NCBI RefSeq assembly: GCF_001194135.2 | Contig: NC_068995.1 | Coordinates: 36,576,460-36,640,459 of the forward strand | Direction: 5' to 3' | Length of the DNA stretch: 64,000 nt | DNA from: Octopus bimaculoides | Taxonomy: Eukaryota | Shown here: positions 52,801 through 64,000 of the stretch, piece after piece | Numbering within the stretch: position 1 is the first letter of the stretch | Layout: each line of letters opens with the position of its first letter | Translations under genes and position numbers: made by a program | The notes under the pieces: generated by a model | The model's input: only the letters and a program-made list of their open reading frames with translations | The model's database searches: none | Told to the model about the DNA's origin: nothing

Positions 52801-53358
52801 TTGGTAAAAAGTTAGTGGAATAATGAAACATTGTAAAATTTATGTTTGCACTCGTAATCACGCCACTTTTTAATGTGTTGACAGCAACTTGCTGTCTGCG
52901 AGAGACATCGAGGTGGAGGAGGGGCACAACATTCCATGGAGAATAACAAACAGTTGGAGATATCATCACCAAAGATTTGATTTACGCATTTAGCTTTCAA
53001 AGAATTCTATCAAGCAATTTATACATTATAAATTACTCGTTTCGTAAGTACTGGACAAAAGGAGTGTGTATTAATAATGAGTGCCACAGAATGATCATAG
53101 CTACCAGCAATCAACTAATATGAATGGGTCGAAAAAAAAAGCAAAACAAAAGATAATACCAAAAATAATAACATTATCAATGTTTATAAATAAAATAAAA
53201 ACAAGTGATATTAAATAGACCGTAAAAAGAATCTTACACTGAACGGGAAAAATTCATACGAGAGAGAAAGAAAATTACAGTACGGTATTATTTACCCTTT
53301 GATAAGAAATAATTTATACTAATCGAATAAGATAATGATATTCTTCGGTTTAACTTAC

Positions 53359-53463
53359 CTTGGCTCGCTGTACAACTGCCATTACCTGAAGCTTTTCAGC
53401 TTCCGTAAGCGCCGAAAGATCAGGTAATGCATAAGGTAAATTGTTTTTGTCTACAGCTGCCAT
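53359..53463 (-). CDS. OSBPL11: OSBPL10/11-like gene, coding exon 1 (MAAVDKNNLPYALPDLSALTEAEKLQVMAVVQRAK), RabBD/SHD1-like helix
   Basis: ATG in AAAATGGCAGC context, 35 codons, strong donor AAG/GTAAGT (phase 0). Lies in a CpG-retaining promoter-like region. PDLSxLTExE...VMAVVxRxK resembles the RIM/Piccolo/Slp N-terminal helix. In-frame upstream ATGs at 53475 and 53508 are alternative starts. Linkage to the PH exons is inferred from phases. Confidence 0.8.
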
Positions 53464-53640
53464 TTTCGCTTCCATTCTGACAACTTCCGCTGCAGAGCAA
53501 ATCCTCATGTGAATATACAGGGGGACGTAACTCTCATCACTAACACCACCAACCACATTCGCTACTTCAGAACAAATAATCACGTGACCTAGCTGACTAA
53601 ATTGACAAGACTAAAATTTAATTTGAAGAATGTCGTGTAT
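53464..53640 (-). promoter_or_regulatory. Putative promoter/5'UTR of the ORP gene with palindromic E-box (ATCACGTGAC, 53579-53588)
   Basis: CG dinucleotides are visibly frequent at ~52-54.4 kb but rare in the introns. E-box lies ~120 nt upstream of the ATG. Confidence 0.55.
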
Positions 53641-54062
53641 ATCTATCTTTCGTTTTTAATTCATTTCAGTCTTTGCACTATAGCCACGCTGAGGCATTGC
53701 TTTCCAAAATTTAGTCTAATAAATCGATTCCAATAGTTATACCATCGGCTTCTTTTGCCGAACCGTGAGGCTACGGGGACGTAAACAAACCAGCACCGGA
53801 TGTCAAACGGTGGAGGAAACAAACTGATACACACACATGGATACGTGTGTGTATGTGCGTGTGTGTGTACTTTTTTGTTTTTATCAAAGCAGCGAAAGCT
53901 TTAATAAAAAGGCATGTTACTCTATCTTCGGTATTATTCCCCCTCCTCTGTGTGTGTGTAAATATACGTGCGTGTGTGCGTGTAAATATGTGTATGCGTG
54001 TGTATGTGTATACATACACATATATGTGTATACTTACACATGTGTGTGTGTATACATACACA

Positions 54063-54234
54063 AGGCGCAGGAGTGGCCGTGTTGTAAGTAGCTTGCTTAC
54101 CAACCACATGGTTCCAGGTTCAGTCCCACTGTGTGGCACCTTGGACAAGCGTCTTCTACTACTGACCCAGGCCAACCAAAGCGTTGTGAGTAGATTTGGT
54201 AGACAGAAACGGAAAGAAGCCCATCGTGTGTGTA

Positions 54235-54270
<36 letters not shown>

Positions 54271-54271
54271 C

Positions 54272-54302
<31 letters not shown>

Positions 54303-54740
54303 TAGCAGCACTAATAATAATGAAGAAATAAAGATTTTTTTTTCCAAAATTCAGACGACTTTTCTTCTCAATATTCAATTTCCGTACATCACACCTAACA
54401 CTCCGTACTTGTTTATATGTGTGTTTCATATATATATATATATNNNNNNNNNNNNNNNNNNNNNNNNNNNNNNNNNNNNNNNNNNNNNNNNNNNNNNNNN
54501 NNNNNNNNNNNNNNNNNNNNNNNNNNNNNNNNNNNNNNNNNNNTGTTTGTCTCCCCACTATCGCTTGACAACCGATGTTGGTGTGTTTACGTCCCCATAA
54601 CCTAGCGGGTCAGCAAAAGATCCTGATAGACTAAGCATTAGGCTTACAAAGAATAAGTTCTGGGGTTGATTTGTTCAACTAAAGATGGTGCTCCAGCATG
54701 GCCACAGTCAAATGAGTGAAACAAATAAAAATAAAAGAAT
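54063..54740 (+). mobile_element. Abundant tRNA-derived SINE family A (representative). Other + copies near 12715, 15130, 16645, 18140, 20152, 22658, 26114, 42923, 44215, 50917, 58395; - copies near 4910, 14295, 15640, 28420, 29630, 38500, 53660, 55125
   Basis: Recurrent GCTGTGTGGTAAGAAGCTTGCTTCCCAACCACATGGTTC..GGTTCAGTCCCACTG..TGGCACCTTGGGCAAGTGTCTTCTAC, then a microsatellite and a shared tail. Confidence 0.8.
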
Positions 54741-55469
54741 AAATGTGTATACACACACACATATATATATAATTTGAATAGGGATTAAGAATCCATGCAA
54801 ATCAAAGATAGGTAAAAAATAAAATAAAAGCGGTAACAGTACAGAAGTATGCTTAAAGATATTTTTCCATTTTTTCCCCTTTAATCAGACAGGATAAGTA
54901 TTTTTATATTTGTTACATTTAGTGACTTTTATAAAATATTACAGGTCTCAATGTGTATACCCATCTTATAAGATATTAAAAATTCAAAGGATCAGAAAAA
55001 ATATATATAAGGAAATACAACTGGAAATCAAAATAGTTTGTTCTTATATTCTGTGCTTAATTAAGAATACTTATCCTATCCAAATAAAGGAGGAAAAAGT
55101 AAAGAAAAGAAACACACAACAGGTTTTTTCAGTTTCTAACAAATCCACTCACAAGGCTTTGGTCAGACTGGTCATTTAGAAGATATTTGCTCAACATAAT
55201 GGGACTCAACCCAAAGAACATATTAGTTGGGAAGCAAATTTCTTAACTGCACAAATTTCTTAACTCTGCCAAATCAGACTGGAGCCTTAACTCTGCCAAA
55301 TCAGACTGGAGCCTGGTGTTGCCATCCGGTTTCACCAGTCCTCAGTCAAATCGTCCAACCCATGCTAGCATGGAAAGCGGACGTTAAACGATGATGATGA
55401 TGATGATGACAGCCACACCTGCACCTATGTATAAATATAATACTTTTCAATACCATACAAATGTTTTTC

Positions 55470-56291
55470 GTCTTTTTTAACCCTTTGGATAAGGAAAGGT
55501 CAATTTGTCCAAAAAAGCAAAAGAAAATCACTACATAAGATCTAAAAGGCTCTTAAACAAACTAAAAAATCCAGCAGAAGAAGATTTGATTTGGTTTTTC
55601 TCAAACGAGAAAACTTCAACCAAGATCAAAAAGTTAACAGAAGAAATGACAGATGTTTATGTGCAGACCCTTCTGAAGTTCCAAGTGTTATGCATACAAA
55701 ATTTCCTGCAACTGTCATGGTTTTAGCAATGAAGGACATGTGATGCCTGCTTACTTCTTTCCACAAGATTTTAGAGTTAACTCTGCCACCTACACTGAGG
55801 TCCTGGAAATAACTGTTAAGCCCTGGATAGACAGTGTATGCAATGAAAGGCCATGTGTTTTGGTAAGACTCTGCACTAACGCACATGGCTCTAATAACAC
55901 AGGAATGGATGGCTGAAAATTTTTATGATCACATAACCCCTAACATTTGGCCTTCTAATTCCCCAGGTCTCAATCCATTGGACTATTACATGTGGAATGT
56001 TGTTGAGAGAGAAGTCAATGAACATGCCCACAACACCAAAGATTTTATGAAAGCTGCCATAGTCAAAGTAATATCCAGAATGAACCAGGACCACTTGATT
56101 CGAGCATGTAGATGATTTAGATCTCATATAGAAGCAGTTATTGAAGCTGAAGGTGGCTTTATTGAATAACATTATAGAAAAGAAGGTTTATTTTTATCTT
56201 CATAGCACCTTTTGATAAATAAGGTTATCTGTTATTGTATATGTTTTTTTATAAACATAAATCCGTCCTCAAATATCTTACACACCCTCTA
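55470..56291 (+). mobile_element. 5'-truncated DD37D (maT-type) Tc1/mariner transposon
   Basis: Peptides WFFSNEK, HTKFPATVMV, DSALTH...WPSNSPGLNPLDY with 37 residues between the last two Asp, ending EAEGGFIE*. Right-end TIR-like sequence followed by TA. Confidence 0.88.
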
Positions 56292-56406
56292 TATTCTGAT
56301 GAAAAATTGAATGAACTAATACAATCTTCTCCGTCATTCAACTTTTACGCTGACAGATTGGTCCTGTCGCCTCCTAAGGGTTAACTTATTCTTATGTCTA
56401 CTATAG

Positions 56407-56634
56407 CAGTGTTTCTTGGTGAAGGAAGGTTTTGAAAATTGAAAACAGGTGAACGGGAGCAGACAGATTGCCATGTAAAATTTGAATGGTTATAAACATT
56501 TAAAACTTGTCCAACATCATAGTGAAGAAAGAGGAAATATATAGACACAAACTCTATTTTTGTCTTCTTAATCAGAAAAGTTCACCTTTTTTTGTGTTGT
56601 TGGAGACTGGTATTATTAAGTTTGAGAACCACTA
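56407..56634. mobile_element. hAT-type MITE
   Basis: Ends cagtgtttct / agaaccacta, exact 8-bp TSD TACTATAG. Confidence 0.7.
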
Positions 56635-57943
56635 TACTATAGCATCTCACACACAGAATGAGATATTTTGAACTGGAAAGGTTACCAATATTCATGTAAG
56701 TTATTCTAGAAAAACATAGCAAACTTATAAAGCATCAAGTCTTTCTCACACATTCTAGAGTTGATTACCAACCAGTGTCATAAAGTTAAAGAGAATCAAC
56801 CTAATTCATAATCCAAAGTTCCAAAAATATTAAAACTTACTTATTTGAGAGTATTTTACAGGAATGTCATTGTTGACTGAGCTTTAAAAAAATGGTCTGT
56901 AAGTTCAATTCCTATCCATTATACCTATACAATTTCCTTAACAAAATAGACAGATTTATGAATTGTAATAATTACTGAATGCCTATATAATGTAACTAGA
57001 GCTTTAAATTTTAAAAGCACAGTTTAAATTCATCACAATTTCAAGCCAACATGAATAATTGAAAAGAACTAAGGAAATACTGATTATAAAAATAGCAATA
57101 TGAAAATATTAATGCAACATTCAACAGTATTATAAACAGATTCACATAAAAAGAATGGTTTCATTCTTCAAGAAAATATTGTCCATTCCTTTACAATTAT
57201 GCCAACACAAATACCAATATAGTTTAGCTGTCCTGTGCATTTCCTTAAGTAATTTCACAAACGCTAAACCACAGCACACAATTATTTTTCATAATGAGCT
57301 AATCATAAGTAAATGAGAAAGAAAAAGTATATTTCATAAAATAATAAATCATCAAAATTTTGCATCTCACACTGGCAAGAGGAAAAGAAAAAAAAAAAAC
57401 TCGAGTTTAAGAATGATTACAATTTTAGTTAAATATAACCAGAAAACAACTATTAGACAAAGTTCACCCTTCATGCTGTTGTAGGGACAAATTATAATTT
57501 GTATTCGAACACATCTACAAAATAGCATCTGTACAACATGACCCTAAGAAACAAAAAAATAACCTCAGGAATTTAATACAGTAATGAAATAGCAGTTAAT
57601 GGAANNNNNNNNNNNNNNNNNNNNNNNNNNNNNNNNNNNNNNNNNNNNNNNNNNNNNNNNNNNNNNNNNNNNNNNNNNNNNNNNNNNNNNNNNNNNNNNN
57701 NNNNNNNNNNNNNNNNNNNNNNNNNNNNNNNNNNNNNNNNNNNNNNNNNNNNNNNNNNNNNNNNNNNNNNNNNNNNNNNNNNNNNNNNNNNNNNNNNNNN
57801 NNNNNNNNNNNNNNNNNNNNNNNNNNNNNNNNNNNNNNNNNNNNNNNNNNNNNNNNNNNNNNNNNNNNNNNNNNNNNNNNNNNNNNNNNNNNNNNNNNNN
57901 NNNNNNNNNNNNNNNNNNNNNNNNNNNNNNNNNNNNNNNNNNN

Positions 57944-58015
<72 letters not shown>

Positions 58016-59416
58016 ATCATCAACATCACTTAATGTCCATTTTCCATGCTGGCATGGGTTGGACCAGTTACCTATTTTGTCATGGTTTCTATGACTGAAT
58101 GCCCTTCCTAATGCCGACTACTTTACAGAGTTCACTGGGTGCTTTTTATATGGCACTAGCATAAGTGCTATTACATGGCATGGACATGAGAGCTTTTTAC
58201 ATAATGCCAGCACACATGCTTTTTACATGGCACCAGCATAGAGCTCTTGCAAACCAATCCTCTTCAGCAGGAGGAGCAGCAATTTTGCTACGGAGGATGG
58301 GTCAGCAGAATTGTTAATGCTGATTAATAGCAAGATTATATATATCACATGACTTACAGTAATTACAAGACATAAAATATTTACAAAATATTCATGGCAC
58401 CTTGGGTAAGTGTCTTCTACTGTAACCTGGGCCCAACCAATGCCTTGTGAGTGAATTTGGTAAATGGAAGCTGTGTGGAAGCGCAAACTGAGTGTGACTG
58501 GACTCAGATTCTTAATTGGACATGCTTGTGTTGCTAATAACAGGAACACAGCTTTCCATTTTCTCTTAATAACTTTGATTAATATGCAGAGAACAAGTAA
58601 AAATTTAACCCAGCATAGTAATTTCAAACAATGAAAACCCCTTCTATGCCCCTACACAAGTATAAATAGTAATAAACAGCATTCAGTTATTTATAGAAAT
58701 AGTCACTTAACTATTACAGTCTTTACTATACACTTTTATATTCAAACTAATAGCTACATCCCGGCTGTGATAGTTACAACATTTTGGTTGTTGTCCCTTC
58801 CATTCTTCTTCAAGGGCTGTTAAGCATTCAGTAATGTCCTTGGATTTTTTTTCTATCCAAATACTTTATTAAATCCACAGGAGTAGATTGTTCTCATTCT
58901 CTGCTGTCCATATCAGGAATATTCTTGGATTAATTATTAATTCTCTGACTTGTAATGCTGCTTTCTCATTCCACTTGAACCAGAATAGGTGTGGCTCTGT
59001 GATTAAGTTTGCTTCCCAACCATGTGAACATTATGCCAATATAAGAGTGAATCTTTTGCAAGTCTGATGAAATGCCACTCGAATGAAGGAAAAAAACCCC
59101 ACAAATATTACGCAACTTTCCACATGAAATATTTATGTATAATGGTATTAAAAAAGGAGTGGTACCAAAATAATTGTAACCGATGATTAAAAATGAGCTA
59201 AACTCTTTCTTCATCATCTATTTTGGATTACATATTAATCTTCATAAGACCCACACATTGAATTTAATAGTAATGTGCCTGGATTCTCTACAACAGTGGA
59301 ACTTCAATCTTCCTCAAAATTCTAATTTGAGAATGTAGATAGTCAGAAGCTTAAAATAAGTGCTACATTGGAAATACTCCAGTTTTATACACTTTCAGGA
59401 CCCTTTTACACATACA

Positions 59417-59423
59417 GAGAGAA

Positions 59424-59472
<49 letters not shown>

Positions 59473-59477
59473 AAGAA

Positions 59478-59556
<79 letters not shown>

Positions 59557-59566
59557 AAGAGAGAAA
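59417..59566. repeat. Long compound (GA)n/(GAAA) polypurine microsatellite
   Basis: Seen directly. Many other (TA)n, (CA)n, (GA)n and (CAT)n tracts occur, several at gap edges. Confidence 0.95.
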
Positions 59567-60059
59567 CTGAATGAACTACAAGCTAAACTCACACCCACCA
59601 AGTAACTACAACACATATTCATTCCCTGTAAGATAGTTAGGCAATAGAAATTAGGAGTTTTAATCATACTGCTCATGTTTATAATTATAGATTTACTGTT
59701 GTTTCTTAATTAAAGACCTCTTCATGTGGTCCCCATATCTATGCTAGGCCTACTAAGGTTATCAAAGCTCAGCATATGTGCTGATTCTTTCATTCAGGAA
59801 TCTAATGCTGTAACACAGTTACTAATTAATGTGTCAACAATATGTACAAATACTGAGTACAAATGAAGTCCAAACATTGAGGGAGCTTTTACTTAAACAA
59901 GACAAGCTAATGTAGTAGCATTCAAAGAAATTCTTACTAGATTTCTTTCATTTATTTAATCTTCCACCATTATTCTCCATCTAGTTTTCTGACTTTGCTA
60001 CAAACCTTGAAGTTTTCACATAAGGCTTGCCTTATCCAACCAAATTCTTGTTCATAAGA

Positions 60060-61173
60060 CTTCCAGATATTGCATTTCTATCCACTGAGATGCAGTCTAC
60101 GAACGTTTATCTGTGGTTAGGATGGATCTTCTAACAACAGCCTGTCCTACTCTTTCAGTCACCATTCCTGTTTTCCTAGAATCAAGCATGCTGTGCTTCA
60201 GGTTTACTATTGTTTGATATTCTTCTGCAATGGCCTGTAGGGTTAAGTGTTGATGTGCTTGCTCCATTTTTGAGAGAAACCTTGCCTGAGTTTCTCTATC
60301 TTCAGTTGCCATAAGGCCTTGTATGAAGATAGGGGATTTAAACATACCCTGAGTAAGTTCCTGAAGTTTAAGTGTATTTTTTGTTAAGTACCAACATTCC
60401 ATTCGAGTGTTAAATAACTAAATTTTGTCACAAAAGATCTGTGAGAGTAATTCAATAGTTTCTTGGAAACACATCTATCAACTTTTTGGGTGATATAAAG
60501 CTACAGTAGCATTCATGCTCAACCAGAGCTACTTTGCCTTGCTTTCTCCTCATCCAATCATGACTTACAATCTTTGTTAAAAATTTCCTTGTACCTTCTA
60601 TAGTACACAGGAAATGTAATACCCTCCTCCTTATATTTGAATTCAGAAACCGAGTTTACCACGCCATTTGGCGTAGACAAACTTACTGAATATTTGGACT
60701 TCCTTGATTGTAACTCAGTTGACTGTTGTTGTTGTTATAATATTTGCTTCTGCAACTCATCTACTTGTTCCTGTTGCTTCTCTTGAAGCTGTATTACTGC
60801 ATCTAACAGGTTCTCCATAATTTAACAATTTGTACGATGCACAAATTGTCAAATAACCTATGCGAGCTTTGAAAAATCCTCGTCGCCAGATGTTATATAC
60901 TTATGCCTCCAATATCATAGTATGGTTGATATTGCCAATGATAGATAAAGAATACATTGTAACAATGTTATAACAATGCAAAATAGAAACAGTGGCAGTA
61001 ACAAACATGTAATGAACCAGCAATCAATATTTCCAACATACTAACTCGAACTGTAAACTGTACCTGGACTTTGAAGACCAAACTATGAACTGCCAATTAT
61101 GTCAGACTGCTACTATTTATATGTAGTGGTCCCATCTATTCTTGTCAGAGGGTGTCGTCTTCTAACCACAACA
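60060..61173 (-). mobile_element. Gypsy-type LTR retrotransposon remnant: LTR (60891-61173), PBS (60876-60888), degenerate gag
   Basis: Putative LTR TGTTGTG...TAACA, then PBS TGGCGACGAGGAT. Gag-like peptide FKSPIFIQGL..ETQARFLSKMEQ..LTLQAIAEEYQTIVNLKH. No pol seen. Confidence 0.75.
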
Positions 61174-61289
61174 AAAGCTATATATATTCTTCTGAGAAAT
61201 TGAATGAGCTAATACAATTTCCTTTGTCATTAGACTTCTCTGCTGATACATCAGCCCTGTCAATCTCCTAAGGGTTAATTCAGGTATCT

Positions 61290-61620
61290 CTACCTCTTCT
61301 TCTTAATCCTTTTTGCCCCTTGTTGAGCATAGGGCCTCAACAGTTATTTTCCACTTTTTGCGGTCATTGGCGTGTTTCTTGGCTGCTTCCCATGTCAGGC
61401 CCGTGGTCCTGAGCTCGTCCAAAATGCTCTGCTTCCATGTCTGCTTTGGGTGTCCTCGCAGGTTCCAGTCAAGTGGTGGTTGTGTCACATTTGAGGGTTC
61501 TTTCTGCAGTCTGTGTCCGATCCATCTCCATTTCCTTCGTCTAATCTGAACATGTATGGGTTCCTGATTGGCCCTTTCCCACAGATCGGTGTTTGGCACT
61601 CTGCCGCTACTTCTAGGGTC
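61290..61620 (-). mobile_element. RTE-clade LINE 3' end
   Basis: IRRRKWRWIGHRLQK...DWNLRGHPKQTWKQSILDEL..LTWEAAK..ALCSTRGKKD*, followed by a short (AAG)n tail. Confidence 0.85.
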
Positions 61621-62237
61621 TTGAAAATACAAAAGTGCCAAAGGCAATTAAAATAACAACCTCTAAGCTTCCATAAGAACAAAACACTAGGATGTCATAA
61701 AAGAAAGTTAGAAGAAGTTAAAATATTGAACTAGTGAAGTCCATTCAGGATGAATTTAGAGCAAAAAGGAATGTAGGAAAAGAAAAATATCCTGGACATA
61801 TACAGAAAAGAAAATAATTTTAAATGTGGAAAAAATTCTGAATTTGTTTACTCCCCATTGCCAAAGGCAGTAAAATAACTCCATGATTAATCTCCTTCCT
61901 TTGTTTTTAACATCTTTTGCCAATTTTAATATGACCCATACAGAGCGGCACCAATTACTTCCGTCAAAATATTTCAAAGCGTATCTAATTGGTGCAATGA
62001 AGAACAAGGTCTTAAATTGTGACCAAATATAAGTCATTAACAAAGGAAGTAGATCATCCATGAAGTTATCTTGCTGCCTTCAAATGTATTCTTTCTGTTC
62101 TATCACAACAGCAATGACTTTTACAACTCTCAACTAACAAGTCACATACCATTTCGATTGAAGCTCATCCAACGTGCCATTCTTTCCACCATTCTCCACA
62201 CCGGTGTCCAGAGACAACTACTGATACTTAATTCAGC

Positions 62238-62633
62238 TGTTGTTGGCACTCCGTCGCTTCCGACGGTCAAGGGTTCCAGTTGATCCGATCAACGGAACAG
62301 CCTGCTCGTGAAATTAACGTGCAAGTGGCTGAGCACTCCACACACACACACACACGTGTACCCTTAACATAGTTCTCGGGGATATTCAGCGTGACACAGA
62401 GTGTGACAAAGCTGACCCTTTGAATTACAGGCACAACAGAAACAGGAAGAAAGAGTGAGAGAAAGTTGTGGTGGAAGAGTACAGCAGGGTTCGCCACCAT
62501 CCCCTGCCGGAGCCTCGTGGTGCTTTAGGTGTTTTCACTCAATAAACACTCACAACGCCCGGTCTGGGAATCGAAACTGCGATCCTATGACCACAAGTCC
62601 GCTGCCCTAACCACTGGGCCATTGCGCCTCCAC
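62238..62633 (-). mobile_element. Second young copy of the same tRNA-headed SINE
   Basis: Reverse complement of 40589-40975, with a short (CA)n expansion. Confidence 0.8.
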
Positions 62634-63259
62634 ACTTAAGTCAGCATATATAATGTTAAAAATTTGATAACCTTCAAAATCAAAACCTTATAATTAAATC
62701 AAGGGTACATACAACATACATGATTTTTCCTGCCAGCTGTATCTCAGAAAAATGTGAAAGATTATATTAAAGTAGAATTTATTATTTATATCCATTGCAT
62801 TCATGCAAGAAACACCACTGCCTGAATTTCACCATCCAGGCACTGCACTAATTACTTTCTCTAATCCTTCTCAAGAAGATGAACTTTCTGTTATTCCTCT
62901 TCTACTGACCTATTTCCTCATAAATGTTGATTTACAGACATTCAAACTTAATGACATCACTCTTACAGGTCTCAAAGGGATTGCAAATGTATAACTGAAT
63001 CATAATAATATGAATATTATGATAATATGAAGGGTTTCATTACACATAGTTTATGTTAGTTATACTCTGTTTTGGGAACTTTTTAAAATGGCATTTAAAA
63101 AAGTTCTGACAAAATCATAAATGGCCAGTTCCAATTACATACCGAAATATTTGGTTAGACTTTAAAAGGAAGAGCAAGCATGGAAAAGTGGACATTAAAA
63201 TAATGATGGTGATGTAGTTTACATATTCTTAAAATGTTAACTGGTAGTTACAAAGTAGT

Positions 63260-63351
63260 TTAGTTTTAGAAATCTATCCATATGACATGAAGTCAATCAA
63301 AGAGACTTAGTTTTAGAAATCTATCTGTATGACATGAAATCAATCAAAGAG
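63260..63351. repeat. 47-bp direct tandem duplication
   Basis: ttagttttagaaatctatc..tatgacatgaa.tcaatcaaagaga occurs twice. Confidence 0.85.
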
Positions 63352-64000
63352 AAAACAAAACAGAAATTAAATTAAATAGAATCAGAATTCTGTAGAACGA
63401 TAGAGTGAGGAATATATTCCTACTACAGTTGTTACAAGGTCACATGACAGTGAATAGCAAGGAATTCCATGTCATTATACATTGAACAACAGATACATTC
63501 ACATTTTACAGATGGAACGTAAACAATAGATTATTTAAAGGTACATGACAAAAGAGCATAATAACAGTCATAATAGTTATCTCAAAATATCATGAATAAA
63601 TGTAATTACAAATTCTTTTACATAGAAAATACAAACAGTGACAAGATCAGATGAGAGAAACTAAAATGAAATATCGCCAGTCGCAGGACTTAGATAACAT
63701 GTACTTTATATATAATCATATATTTAATGTAGTTTAATGTGTCCTAAACTTTGATGACAAGACCAGATTGGCCAACACTCCTACCTTAAAACTTTCAGCA
63801 TGATATTCCAGGGAGGGTAATTTTTAATTTGAATACTCAGCCTCTACTGAAATGAATTTAAGCACCACTTGAGAATGATAATATCTCATGCTAGGAAACA
63901 TTAACACCGACCAGCTAGCTTTTTCCTCTTAAACAAGAAGTGAGTTAGACAGTTCTGCAAATTCAGACATTTCCAAATGTTTTTTAATAAAGTATTTTGT

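Noticed and set aside
52812-53000. Cys-rich 62-aa ORF in intron 1
   Set aside because: Non-ATG start, no recognisable motif and no donor. More likely regulatory or noncoding sequence within the CpG-retaining region.
53464-53583. N-terminal extension of ORF 53350..53583 (MIICSEVANVVGG...)
   Set aside because: It begins at a non-ATG codon. The ATG at 53463 has the best context and starts the recognisable helix. ATGs at 53475 and 53508 cannot be excluded.

Overview
AT-rich, repeat-dense eukaryotic genomic DNA with seven N gaps (12181-12379, 33485-33753, 43197-43630, 49657-49666, 50587-50669, 54444-54543, 57605-57943). The SINE/MITE landscape and microsatellite load suggest a coleoid cephalopod, probably Octopus; this is an inference from recalled repeat families, not a search. 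One host gene can be reconstructed by hand: an OSBPL10/11-like oxysterol-binding-protein-related gene on the minus strand. Eight coding exons (53359-53463, 37784-37815, 19259-19364, 17539-17586, 16368-16449, 14487-14566, 9773-9930, 6280-6394) all have GT/AG junctions and compatible phases. Together they give 726 nt, or 242 aa, covering the N-terminus, PH domain, linker and start of the coiled region; the gene presumably continues past position 1. The main finding is that exons 1 and 2 encode MAAVDKNNLPYALPDLSALTEAEKLQVMAVVQRAKEFETVEERNRR. This resembles the Rab-binding helix (RabBD/SHD1) of RIM, Piccolo and Slp proteins, spliced in frame directly onto the ORP PH domain, an architecture I do not know from ORP10/11. 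The rest is transposon debris: two Penelope-like elements (one with a tRNA-like box plus hammerhead ribozyme core in its 3' end), RTE LINE fragments, a Gypsy LTR/PBS/gag remnant, a Helitron helicase fragment, several Tc1/mariner elements, piggyBac- and hAT-type MITEs, a ~230-bp foldback hairpin and many SINEs.
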